Below, piece by piece: positions 42,395 through 55,204 of a stretch of DNA of 64,000 nt. The notes below the pieces were generated by a model that saw only the letters and a list, made by a program, of their open reading frames with translations, made no database searches and had not been told where the DNA came from. This stretch comes from Octopus vulgaris. Lineage: Eukaryota. The stretch covers positions 17,112,001-17,176,000 of the forward strand of contig OX597821.1 of the NCBI GenBank assembly GCA_951406725.2, read 5' to 3'. The translations under genes were made by a program, and so were the position numbers. Numbering within the stretch: position 1 is the stretch's first letter; each line of letters opens with the position of its first letter.

Positions 42395-43238
42395 CGTGGT
42401 CTGATCAAAAAGTATCCGGACTGTTGCAGATTGAAGGCGCTTGGCACAGATTGACCTTAAACACTGCTGTACATGTGCCCTAAGTTTTAACGTTCTAGCT
42501 CACTTCCACTGTTTACAGAAGTACTGTGTAGCGTGTAGTCGTCGCATTGACCCTGAATCTGCATCCACTTTTGCCAGAAGCTTGACGATACCTGCTCAGA
42601 GACCAACGCAAAGTTGCAGAAAGTGTATGGAGAGGAGTATATGAGCTGAAAAAATATCGAGAGCAGCGGACGTTCTGGGAGACCTGCAACCCACTGAACT
42701 GAGAAAAACATCGCAGATGTACGTGCAGCCGTGAGGGAAAATCGTCGAATCACCATCCGAGTGTTATCAGAGGATGTGCAGATCAGTTACGGTTAACGTC
42801 AGTCCCTTATCACTGAGAATTTGGGTAATGGGACGCATGTCTGTCAAGTCTGTGCCAAGACTGCTTTCAACTGCCAACGCACCTGCTCATTCAGCGCAGC
42901 TTGTGCAGCAGTTTTTGGCTAGGCACAGCATTCCCCAGGTCCGACAGTGACCCTATTCCTCAGATCTCACCCTTGCGACTTTTTCCTCTTTCCAAAAATC
43001 AAATTCCACTTGAAAGGAGGATTTCAGGGCGTCGAGGAAATCAAAGTGAATGTGACGAGGCAACTGCTGATTATCCCAGAAAACGAGTTCCAGGAATGCT
43101 TTCATCAATGGAAACAGCGCCGGATTGTGTGTGCGGCTTCTGAAGGGGACTACTTAGAATGAGATTAAATGCGAAATTGGTACGTGTTGTGGTTTTGCTT
43201 TTATAGTACCAGTCCGGATACTTATTGATCATATCTCG
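42395..43238 (+). mobile_element. Internally deleted mariner element with TIRs
   Basis: Left TIR cgtggtctgatcaaaaagtatccggactg, right TIR cagtccggatacttattgatcatatctcg; SGRP...VRENRRITIR and CDFFLFPKIK...CFHQWKQR...EGDYLE. Confidence 0.88.
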
Positions 43239-43532
43239 TGTGTGTGTGTGTATATATATATATATATTTTTTTTTTTCTAGTTTCAGCTCAGAGCTGCGG
43301 CCATGTACCGCAGTGTTTAAGGTCAATCTGTGCCGAGCGGCTTCAATCTGCATGCTGTATATTTGTTACTATGGCAACAGTCCGGATACTTTTTGATCAG
43401 ACCACGTATATATATCGTTTAACAATTAAGGATAAAATTTTAATAAGAAATGTTAACAAGAAATTATCAGGTAGTTAGCGTGAAAAACCTCATAAGAGAA
43501 AAAATCTGAAAAATTTTTCACTTGAAAATATT

Positions 43533-43868
43533 TATTTATATTATATAGAGGACATTATTACACATAAATGCCACACGCTAGGAGGGTCTTTCAAAGTCAT
43601 TACTACCAAAAATAAACGAATCGTACCGAATGCAGCTCTCGAAGCAAGACATTTAAAAACAGAATTTAGTTCCAGATCACCTGTGATTTCGTAGATAATA
43701 CGTTAATTGCGAAATCACAGGTGATCTGGAACTAAATTCTGTTTTTAAATGTCTTGCTTCGAGAGCTGCATTCGGTACGATTCGTTTATTTTTGGTAGTA
43801 ATGACTTTGAAAGACCCTCCTAGCGTGTGGCATTTATGTGTAATAATGCCCTCTATATAATATAAATA
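43533..43868. repeat. Near-perfect palindrome, 159-bp arms, 18-nt spacer
   Basis: 43533-43691 is the reverse complement of 43710-43868; one mismatch seen. Confidence 0.93.
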
Positions 43869-43964
43869 TATATATATATAATACGTACTTATACATATAT
43901 AGTGCATGTTTGTGTATGTATGCACGTGCATATGTGTGTGTATGTATGCATGTGTATGTATCCT

Positions 43965-44175
43965 TTATATTTTATTTGTTTCAGTTATTTGACTGCAGCC
44001 ATGTTGGAGCACCACCTTGATGAGTTTTAGTCGAACAAATCAACCCTCGGACTATCGGTTTCTTCTTGCCGAAATGCTAAGTTACAGGGGACGTAAACGC
44101 ACGACCACCTGTTGTCAAACGATAGTGGGAGAGACACAGAGACACACACATAATTATATACATACATACATACAT

Positions 44176-44208
<33 letters not shown>

Positions 44209-44375
44209 TATAGGATTAGCTTCTTTCAATTTCTGTCTACCATATCTACTCACAAGGTTTTGGTCGGCCCAAATTTACGCTAGAGGACAATTACCAAACG
44301 TGCCACGCTGTAGGACTGAATCCGGAAACAATGTGTTTGAGAAGCAAGCATCTAACCCACCGGCTCGCCTGCGTC
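43965..44375 (-). mobile_element. SINE family A, diverged
   Basis: Reverse complement of the family A tail and head. Confidence 0.8.
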
Positions 44376-45549
44376 CATTATACGGGCAAGTAAAACATCA
44401 AACACATTGAACACCAATATGGGATTTTACTAAAATTCCCTTTTTTATTTTATATCATGCTTTTCTGTAAATAAAATTACCTATCCAAGATGACGGACGG
44501 GTGAAATTGTTAAAGTGCTGGACCAAATGCCTTGCATTATCTTATCCATCTCTGTGTATCATAAGATTAATGCCTTCGACCACTGGGATGCCAGGAGATG
44601 TCGGCCCAAATCGCTGAGTTTTCCCTTGGATACACACCCCTGACGAGCATCCATGGGCAAATGCTAGTATTTCTTAAAGAGAATTCGCTCGGGCCAACGC
44701 ATGCATACTGAAAGACATGCTCAGCATTGTTGGATGGGGTCGCTACTATATTATTCGTTTCAAATTGTGGCACAAGGCCAGCAATTTAGATGAAGGGAAT
44801 TAGTCGATTACATCTATCCCAGTGTTCAACTTGTACTTATTTTGTTAACCTCGAAAAGATAAAAGGAAAAGTCGACCTCGGCGATATTTGAACTCAGAAT
44901 GTAAAGTTGGAAGAAATGTTACTAAGCATTTTTCCAGGCGAGGGAACGATTCTGCTAGCTTGCCACCTTTTTCTCCTTTATTATTAATTGACACAAGATT
45001 TATTCATTAATATCTTATACAGTATCCAGAAAATCTTGTATATCTTTTTAACAAATTCTATAAGTTGTAAATAGACTTATGAACCAGTAAACTACTTTGA
45101 TTAACATGACAAAATGCCCATTTTATTCCTGAGTTTAAGATATTTCTCCGCTTCATCAAATTATCTAAAACATTTTAAAATGCAGAAAATATAACATGCA
45201 TTATGGAAAACGGTATTCAATAAATGCTCTGTTGCAACAGCTCGTAGAAAAATAGAATGTTTTCCTATGTGCATCCACAGTTGAATTAGAATATTCTTTT
45301 TTCTTTTTTTTTTCGATGTACAATCAACTGAGAATTTTTTCGAAGAGATATTTGTATATTTCTTAGGTTTTATTAAGACCAAAGATATAATGCATTTGCG
45401 TTGCGCCTTTAAAGAATCGAGCAGTCAGAGGGTGCTAAAATGGAGCGAGAACTGAGAAAATGAGAGACAAATATTGGAGGAGAGAATAAAGAAAAGAGAA
45501 AAGGAGATTGGGGATTAAAGCAAGTATGAGTGTGGGAAATATAACGATA

Positions 45550-45860
45550 AATGTCACCCTTTTGAAGCCTAGCCAGGCTCATGGACCCGGTTTCCCGGTT
45601 TCTGTGGCGTATGTGTTCCCCCCAGCTGGACGGGACGCCAGTCCATCGCAGCGTTACTCAAGAAACAGGAAGAGAGAGTGAGAGAAAGTTGTGGGGAAAG
45701 AGTACAACAGGAGTCGCCACCACTCCCTGACGGAGCCTCGTGGAGCTTTTAGGTGTTTTCGCTCAATAAACACACACACAACGACCAGTCTGGGAATCGA
45801 AACCGCGATCCTCCGATCGCGATTCCGCTGCCCTAGCCACTGGGCCATTGCGCCTCTACA
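45550..45860 (-). mobile_element. SINE family B, tail type 3
   Basis: Family B head followed by ctgcgatggactggcgtcccgtccagc...cagaaaccgggaaaccggg. Confidence 0.88.
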
Positions 45861-45893
45861 TGAGAAATATAATAGAGCAAATATAACGTACAC

Positions 45894-46139
45894 CAGTTTT
45901 CTCAACCATTTTTACCAATGCAATCCTTTGATTCCTATTTTAATCTACTGGACCCTCATAGTCATTCGATGTTTTAAAAAATCTCATTTTTGTAATTAAA
46001 TATCATAAAGAATTTATTTTTAAAATATACTTAAATATTTTGTGTATTGTGACAGTATAACCAATTTATTGCAAATAAATTTTAATAAAATCTTTTATGG
46101 ACCTCCCAATGCCATATGGAGCCCAGTTGAGAATCACTG
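45894..46139. mobile_element. hAT-type MITE
   Basis: Termini cagttttctcaac and gttgagaatcactg; 8-bp TSD acgtacac/tcgtacac (7 of 8 match). Confidence 0.7.
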
Positions 46140-47713
46140 TCGTACACTATATACGTTGTACATTTAATTTACACTTCTAAATTGTGCGTGTATGTGTGGG
46201 GGGGTGCTTGCATGTGCGTGCATGTGTGTCTGTATCTGTGTAAATGCATGTGTGAGTGTATGCGTCTTTGTGAATGCATGTGTGACTGTGTGTGTCTGTG
46301 TATGCGTGTGTGTGTGAAACATATGCACACATATATCCTGCGGTTGTATGTATATAGCCATACATATGTTCATATACGCATACATGAAAACGTACTTACG
46401 CATAAAAAGGAAGTCTTTGAAATTTCATTAATGTTATTTAAATCTTTTGAATAGTCGATTGATATGAAGCAAGAATAGTTGTTTACATTTATTGTTTTTA
46501 TCCGGAGAAGGGGTTGTAGGCTCCTATATTTAATTACAAGTTAAATACAAATTAATTTTAATTTTCCCAAATAATACTCCAGCATTGTCATGCGTATTGG
46601 AATCTTAATATATTTCTTTAGGTTCTTAATTTTCTCATTCAATCATAAATATTTTCCCTATTGAACGATGCTTTATTCTAATACGCGGTAAGGTCTTTCA
46701 AACATTATTTAAGAAAAGTAAAATAAAGTTGATTTTGAAATCATAAATATTACAAAAATACATGCATAGAAAGAATAAAGAACCACCTGTCTTTGTTTAG
46801 CTTTTCTCACCAGAATATTACAACGAGACAATGCTAAAAATCATTAAAGATAAAACGAAAGCAATAAGTACTCTCATTTTCGCTACTGTCGATTGTAGGA
46901 GATCTATAATAAAGAAATGAAAACGCATGCGTGATTTATCCAATAAATATGATACCCAGAATCATAATACTATCTTCACTTTGAAATCTTTTCAATTTTC
47001 CAGCATTTCTTTTTACAATACATTTAAGAGAACTAGTACAGAAAACAGAATAAATAATGTTGTTTTTAAAAGTTTGCTTGTGTGGATATTTGATAGAATG
47101 TAATTATTGTAGATTCATTCTTTATTTTTCTAACTAGATGTCTTAACATAAAAAGGACATCAAAGATCGGCAAATTTTAAAAGAAAAATATAAAATGGGT
47201 CGGTAATTTACTTTTCACTCGAAACTCAAGATGGCTGCCACACCAGTTTTAATGAAATTTGACGGTTCTTTTTATACTTCTCTTATTTCTTCAACAAACG
47301 TTAGATGTCAGTTAGTAGATTCTGCACGCAAATGTATTTACCAATGTTAGCCCTAGGGGATATAAAACATAGATTTACACAACAATAGTTAAGCTAAGTT
47401 TAGAATTTGTTGTCTGTTCGTGCTTCTGTACTGAATGGGGTTTTTTTTTGTCTTTTATTCGTACGTTATTGTTTTACAGTTCCTACTTGGTAATAGGAAA
47501 CTATATAGGTTGGGGAATGTAAAAGGGTAAATGGTAATACTATCTGTATATACAGATTCCTTCTCTACTCTGTACAGGTGCACGTATTGTAGTTTTTCAT
47601 CAGTAATTTATTCTCTGAAATATACCAATATGATTGTATATTCACTGTTTGGACAACATTAATTTCATTTACCGCAGCTCACTTAACTTTATCGTATCAT
47701 TAACTGTCTTGCT

Positions 47714-49030
47714 AAGGCGGCGAGCTGGCAGAAACGTTAACATGCCGGACGAAATGCTTAGCGGTATTTCGTCTGCCGCTACGCTCTGAGCACAAATTCG
47801 GCCGAGGTCGACTTTGCCTTTCATCCTTTCGGTGTTGATAAATTAAGTACCAGTTACGCACTGGGGTCGATATAATCAACTTAATCTGTTTGTCTGTCCT
47901 TGTTTGTCCCATCTGTGTTTAGCCCCTTGTGGCTAGTAAAGAAATAGGTATTTCGTCTGCCGCTACGTTCTGAGTTCAAATTCCGCCGAGGTCGATTTTG
48001 CCTTTCATCTTTTCGGGGTCGATTAAATAAGTACCAGTTGCGCACTGGGGTCGATATAATCGACTTAATCCGTTTGTCTGTCCTTGTTTGTCCTCTCTGT
48101 GTTTAGCCCCTTGTGGGTAGTAAAGAAATAGGTATTTCGTCTGCCGGTATTTCGTTCGGAGTTCAAATTACACCGAGGTCGACTTTGCCTTTTAAGGCGG
48201 CGAGCTGGCAGAAACGTTAGCACGCCGGGCGAAATGCTCAACAGTATTTCGTCTGTCGCTACGTTCTGAGCGCAAATTCCGCCGAGGTAGACTTTGCCTT
48301 TTATCCTTTCGGGGTCGATTAAATAAGTACCATTTACGCACTGGGGTCGATTTAATCGACTTAATCCGTTTGTCTGTCCCTGTTTGTCCCTTCTGTGTTT
48401 AGCCCCTTGTGGGTAGTAAAGAAATAGGTATTTCCTCTGCCGTTATGTCCTGAGTTCGAATTCTACCGAGGTCGACTTTGCCTTTCATCATTTCAGGGTC
48501 GATAAACTAAGTAGCAGTTACGCCCTGGGGTCGATGTAATCGACTTAATATCCTTGTCCGGCCTTGTTTGTCCCCTCTAAGTTTAACCCCTTGTGGGCAA
48601 TAAAGAAATAAGAAACATTAGCGCGTCGGAAAAATATTAAGCAGTGTTTCTTCAGTCTTTACGTTCTAAGTTCAAATTACACAGAGGTCGGCTTTGCCTT
48701 TCGATAAAATATGTTCCAGTCGAGCCCTGGACAAGATGCAATCGACTGGCACCTTCCATGAAATTTCAGGCCTTGTGCCCATAGTAGAAAGAATTATTTA
48801 CTGTTTGGCCAAGGCGGTGAGCCAGGTGAATACTTACCACATCGGACACAATGCTTGCCGGAAATTTATCTGTCTCTTTACTCTTTGAATTCAAATGCCC
48901 CTTAAGTTCAACTTTCCTTTTAAAATTTCCGGAATTGATAAAATATCATGTTTAGCACTGAATGCCGATTTAATGAATTTCTCCCTCCCCAATCAAAAGT
49001 GTTGGGCTTGTGACAAAATTAGGAAGAATT
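47714..49030 (+). mobile_element. Tandem array of SINE family C (about 7 full or partial units)
   Basis: Repeated units of about 180 bp joined at aaagaaata|ggtatttcgtctgccg. Confidence 0.92.
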
Positions 49031-49123
49031 GTTTACTGTCTAGACAAATTTAGCTCTAAATACAGCAGTACATGTGATTTGTGTATATTAATACTATATA
49101 TGTTTTCTTATATTTTTTAAATG

Positions 49124-49182
<59 letters not shown>

Positions 49183-50474
49183 TATGACAAGTAATGGTGT
49201 CAATAAGGCCCAAAGGTGTCAGGTAATGCTGAGTAAGTGCTATAGATAGATCATAGTTAAGCTCCAGGTTCGGTGATTATGCGGATAAGGAGTCCAACGT
49301 AGGTCATATATCAGCATGTGTACATATAAAAAATTTTTTTTCAGAATGAGATTAAAAAAAAAATATTTATAAATGTTCTAAAAATCGTCACACCCTTGGT
49401 TTTTTTTATCTCATTCTGAAAAAAATTATATATATATCTTTAAATTTAATTTGTGACAAAACTTCAAGCTGCATCTGAAAAAGTAACGGTTAGTTCAGAA
49501 TGTATATGCGTTTATGTATGTATGTATGTATGTATGTATGTATGTATGTATGTATGTATGTATGTATGTGTGCATGTATGCATGTGTGTATGCATGTGTA
49601 TATGCATCTGCATGGGTATACAGCTATACGCATGTATGCTTGCATGTATGCTTGTATGTACGTATGTATGTATGTATGTATGTATGTATGTATGTATGTA
49701 TGTATGTGTGTATGTGAATATTTAGATATGTAAGCGTATAGAAGTGCCTGCGTCTACGTATATAGATGTGTATATAGATGTAGTGGTATGCTTATGTACT
49801 GATATGTGTGTGTTTGCTCAGGTTGCATATACAGTTATTACACTGTCGAAGGTTGTATATATATATATATATATGTTCCTCTAACCACTTTCCGACGGTG
49901 AGTAAACGCAATGTCTTAGATACATACATGCAAATATAAGCCTACCTATATTTATGTACAAGCAGGCACAATCATATAAACACGTATATACACACATATA
50001 CGTATAATCTTAAAGTATACACATATATTCGTTTATCCATCTACACATACATATGTCTCCATTTTGACAGACAACGGTTGAACTCAAATACTTTTTTTGT
50101 ATTTTACATAGACATATATATGTGTGTGTGTGTGTGTGCATATATATATGATATATACATATACATATATATACACACACACATATGCCCATATGCGAGT
50201 GCATATACACACTCATACACATGCATATACTCTCTCACACGCACATACACACACGTACACACACACATACACGCACACATATATACGCACATAAAGATAC
50301 ACATCCATCTACACATATTTCCATGCATATTAATCTATGTACACTCATACCACCATAAATAATTACATACATATGTTTCAGTATTATGCATCTCAACATG
50401 TATGTATGGCTGTCTTCATGTAAATGAGAGAGAATGGTGATTGTAAATGTGTATACACAGTACGATAGAATCAG

Positions 50475-51618
50475 AGTGTACAAAGGAGCGAAAGGAGCGA
50501 AAGCAAGATTCGAACGCATTCTAAGAGAGGATGAAAACGGCATATGCCCAATATAACGCAACAAGTTATGGAATAGCTTGGAGAGGGACACCAACAAAAG
50601 AAATGGAAATAATACATGGTATAATAACAACAATTTTCACAATGTACTGTTTGTTGACGCTACACCTATCAACGAGTTAAGTAGGGCATTTAAGAAAATC
50701 CTGCGCACAACTAGCCTTAAAATCAAAGTTGTAGAAAAGACAGGTAGAACTATCAAGGCTGTATTAAGTAAGTCATACTGCTTTGATAAAATCCCGTGTG
50801 GGAATAATTGTGTAGTATGTTCTACAAGCCCACATGTGAACTGCAAAAAGAAAAGCACTGTACACCAGAATAAGTGCCAGGAAGGGACTTGCGCGGTTAT
50901 TCCGGACTCCTATATCTGTGAGACATCTAGGAGTATTAACGGTAAGTTCAAAGAACACCTGAACAACTACATTGAGAAAAAATCCAAACTCCATCTCCTA
51001 TCAGCATACTGTAGACTGTCACAATGATTCCTTAGGGAGACTTATGTTAGACATCCTATTTACACATGCCACGGATGCAATGTTGAGACAGGTCACCGAA
51101 GCTGTCTGTATACAGGAATACAAACCCTCCCTCATCAGTAAATCCGAATGGGGGTAATACCCAGATCCCACTCTGGCGTACCCATCTATAAGCACCCGTT
51201 TCTCTCACTTATATGTAGACATCCGTTCATACATGACATGCATGATAGTGAAATACACGTATGCAATTATATGTAGTCGTATGGCTACATATAACTAATA
51301 AATGCACGTAATATATGTACATTTATTACATGTTAATATAATATACGTACATTTATTTAATTATTTTATTGTTTTTATCTTAGACCTGATGAGTGACGAT
51401 ATTTAAATTGAATTGATTTTATTGTTATCAATTTGAAAATATAGCCACGAAACATGTGTAGTCTATTTACTAATTATATATACTATTTATTATTATTTAG
51501 TTCTGTATTCAGTTTTAGGTAAATGTTTTATCGTATCTTTATTTTTTTTCTGTATGGTAGGATGTAAGTATATCGTTGTTGAATTGCGTCATGGTGGTTC
51601 TTCTCTGATTTATATACA

Positions 51619-51620
<2 letters not shown>
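50475..51620 (+). mobile_element. Penelope-like element 3' part (GIY-YIG, frameshifted) with pLTR-like end
   Basis: KIKVVEKTG...C..C...NC...YICETSRS...FKEH, then RQVTEAVCIQEYKPSL.SKSEWG; followed by an HHR. Confidence 0.88.
51381..51465 (+). ncRNA. Type I hammerhead ribozyme with intact core
   Basis: tagac-CTGATGA-gtg...cac-GAAA-catgtg-TA-gtcta; GUA cleavage after 51460. Confidence 0.82.
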
Positions 51621-51664
<44 letters not shown>

Positions 51665-51765
51665 GTAATGCAATACTAGAGTATTGCTTTCCTGTAAAGA
51701 ATAGCCCGTGAGGGAAAAATACACAAAGTAAATAAATGGCACAACGTTGTGCCATTTATTTACTT

Positions 51766-51834
<69 letters not shown>

Positions 51835-52227
51835 GTATATATCCTTTCGTCATCCAATACTTGCAAGTAAGCTTTTCAACTTTGTTGCAAATAAAAATGA
51901 AGCTGGAGAGTCGACAAGGGGTTGAAAATGATCCGTATTGTGCCCTTTGAAGTATTCCGTCATATATTCGATGTTTTCTCATTAATATAAAGCGCCATTT
52001 TACTTTAGTTTTTGTTTTAGTTCTGTTTACTGAAAGTATGCTTCAGTTAACTTTAGTATGTTAAGTATTTTGGTATGAATATGTAAAAATGATTGTACAT
52101 TATTTTAAGATTTAAAATCGACCAACATTTTCTAGTACTATATAATCTGTAATTCGACGATAAGATTATTCTAAATAAGTGGGTATGCACTACTGTTGAA
52201 AACTATTTTAAATAATATATGCATAAT

Positions 52228-52535
52228 GTGGAGGCGCAATGGCCTAGTGGTTAGGGCAGCGGAATCACGGTCGTAGGATCGCGGTTTCGATTCCTAGACC
52301 GGGCGTTGTGAGTGTTTATTGAGCAAAAACACCTAAAAGCTCCACGAGGCTTCGGCAGGGGGTGGTGATCCCTGCTGTACTCTTTCACCACAACTTTCTC
52401 TCACTCTTTCTTCTGTTGGCCTGCTCGCTTAGCCAGCGGGGTGGCGTCATTTGAAGGCTAAAACAATGCGAACGCATTGTGACCAGCGATGTGTAACTAC
52501 ATCTGATAGCCTGGTCGGTCACGGTGATCACGTTG
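52228..52535 (+). mobile_element. SINE family B, tail type 4 (RTE-like 3' end)
   Basis: 11-bp TSD atatgcataat at 52217-52227 and 52536-52546. Confidence 0.92.
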
Positions 52536-52674
52536 ATATGCATAATATATGGAAAGCACCATTTTAGTCAAATAATCTTAGAAAGGTAGAGAATGGCATT
52601 CTAACGAAAAGTGAAAAGGGTATGTTGAGAATCTCTGATATATTTATGTTATACATTTGTGTGTTGTGAGTGAC

Positions 52675-53025
52675 GTTGTACTCCGTCTCTGGATGCAGGT
52701 GGTGTAACAGTTCCAGGTGTGTCGGCCACTGTCCACTGGGACTCCAGAGTTGTCAGAGTCTGCTCAGCTATATAGGTGAGAAAACTCCCATACAACAACA
52801 CGAGTTTTGTTGAGTCAAATGTCATGAATTTGAGCCAGATGTTTCGATCATCTCTAAAGTTAATTCTTTCTGACCATTCGTCGTTTATAATGAGCCAGAT
52901 GTAATGGCTTGCTTTGTCAGCAACTTACAATTTTTGCTGCTAGACCAAGACGCCCGAGTGCCGAAAAACTCTGGTTCCAACAAATCTTCTAACACCTGGC
53001 TCTACAGGAAGTTATGTTGCCTCTC
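52675..53025 (-). mobile_element. Degenerate 3' fragment of an RLE-type (Hero/NeSL-like) LINE
   Basis: Minus translation LPVEPGVRRFVG...VADKASHYIWL resembles PVEVG.RGF...AE.AS.W.W. Confidence 0.55.
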
Positions 53026-53324
53026 AGACATTGTCGTCACAGAATTAACCAACTAATTGTACTTTCTTTCTACCTACTGTCTGTTCGCGCATGTCACGGC
53101 TAACAGAAGTGTCTCAAGCAGAAAGAGAGTAAAAACAAAAAAACACACTGTTGCTATTGATGGTTGTGTGGTAGTGGTGGCGATCATTGTACAAATTGAA
53201 ATAGGAAGAGGAACATATAAAGATAGATATATAAATAGATTAAGAGAAAAGGGAGTAAATATGAGAGAGAAAGAAGAATACATCTAAGGAAGAATGAGAA
53301 AGAGAGAATGAGAGAAATTTAGAG

Positions 53325-53475
53325 CAAGGATGTAAGGTTAAGAAACGCGGGCCTGGTCTCTAATTAAGTTTCACTGCGTGCAACCTTCGGCAGGTATCTT
53401 CGCCTACGTCTACAGACTTTGTGATTGAATTTGGTAGAGGCAAATTGCGTGAAATCCCGTTGCATATTCATATAT

Positions 53476-53528
<53 letters not shown>

Positions 53529-53815
53529 CATGTATATGAGCGCGCGCGTGTGTATGTATATATATATCAGTGTGTTTGTATATGCGTGTGTTTGTCGGTG
53601 TGTGTGTCGGTGTGTTGTTTGTCACTACACACCACTTGACAATCAGTGTTGGTCCGTTTACACCTCCATAACTTAGTAGTTCGGTAAAATAAACTGATTG
53701 AAAAAGAACCAGACTTTAAAAAATTGTACTGGGTGTCGATTTCTTCGACTAAAACCCTGCATGGTGGGGTTCTGGCATGGCCACAGTACAATGGTTGAAA
53801 CAGGGAAAATATAAA
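53325..53815 (+). mobile_element. SINE family A, old and diverged
   Basis: Recognisable ttgtgattgaatttggtaga and gcatggccacag...gaaac blocks. Confidence 0.7.
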
Positions 53816-54767
53816 CGAGGTGTGTGCGTGTGTGTGCAAGTATGTATGGTTGTATGTACGTATATGTAATGGAATTTTTCCTGAGTATAATAAAATACTT
53901 TGGATATTAGAAAAAGAAACTAGTGGTTCATAATATAATTTTATGAATATTTGGAGACTTGGAGACTAATATACAAAGATGTATAAATAACAGATTTAAT
54001 AAAACAGTTATTTTTCATGTATTATTTTATAAATATTAGAAATTCCTCTGGTATTTAAGCTGTCATTTACGCTTATCGGAGCTTGAGAATTATATTTTTT
54101 CATTTGTTTTTAGTAAAATGTTACATACACACCGTAATATATGTATTACATCATTGATTTCATGTTTAACATGCCAGATTATAATAGAAAGTTCACTATG
54201 AGAATTTATGTTACTTTCGGTTTCAGCATTAAATTAAAAATGGATAAAATTGAAAATAATAGTCAAAATAAAATCTTTTTCATTTGATTTTGTTTTTATC
54301 GGACAGTAATGTACAAAATACGAATACCTCAGAACATTACCTGACTTTCATTTTATAAAAATATGAAGTAAAATATCTGCATAAATGGATGCTCGTATTA
54401 AAATAAACTCCATATATTTATCGAAAATTTAGAGTGAATTTATATTAAAAGTGAATAAATCAGGTCTACCGTGAAATGTTCACGGTTTCAAGCAACATAC
54501 ACATAATTACAGCATAAGAACAGTCAACAGGTGAAAGCCACTAAAATCTAAAACCACATATGTACCCTTACTAAAGTGCATAATTATACACGCATGCATA
54601 CAGACACACACACACATTCCTCTGTATGTGTGTGAGTGCGTGTGTTTATACACCTCCAGTCACATCTAGTGACAATTGAATTTTTCCTTTTTTTGTTTTA
54701 TATTGCGTATAGCCACCTTCATTATTTTATAATTTTGTGTGTATATATTATTTTGTATATATATATA

Positions 54768-54813
<46 letters not shown>

Positions 54814-54814
<1 letters not shown>

Positions 54815-55204
54815 GCAGGAGTGGCTGTGTGATAAGTAGCTTGTTTACCAACCACATGGTTCCGGGTTCGGTCCCACTGCGTGGCATCTTGGGCAAGTGT
54901 CTTCTGCTATAGCCTCGGGCCGACTAATGCCTTGTGAGTGGATTTGGTAGACGGAAACTGAAAGAAGCCTGTCGGATATATGTATATATATATATGTGTG
55001 TGTGTGTGTGACTGTGTTTGTCCCTCTAGCATTGCTTAACAACCGATGATGGTGCGTTTACGTCTCCGTCACTTAGCGGTTCGGCAAAAGTGACCGATAG
55101 AATAAGTACTGGGCTTACAAAGAATAAGTCCCGGGGTCGATTTGCTCGACTAAAGGCGGTGCTCCAGCATGCCCGCAGTCAAATGACTGAAACAAGTAAA
55201 AGAG
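54814..55204 (+). mobile_element. SINE family A
   Basis: Matches 12126-12541. Confidence 0.93.

Noticed and set aside
44630-44680. CTGACGA with a gcat/atgc stem as a hammerhead
   Set aside because: There is no GAAA after stem II and no cleavage triplet with a stem I.
47714-49030. CRISPR-like or satellite array
   Set aside because: The units are whole SINE bodies with no unique spacers, the context is eukaryotic and there are no cas genes.
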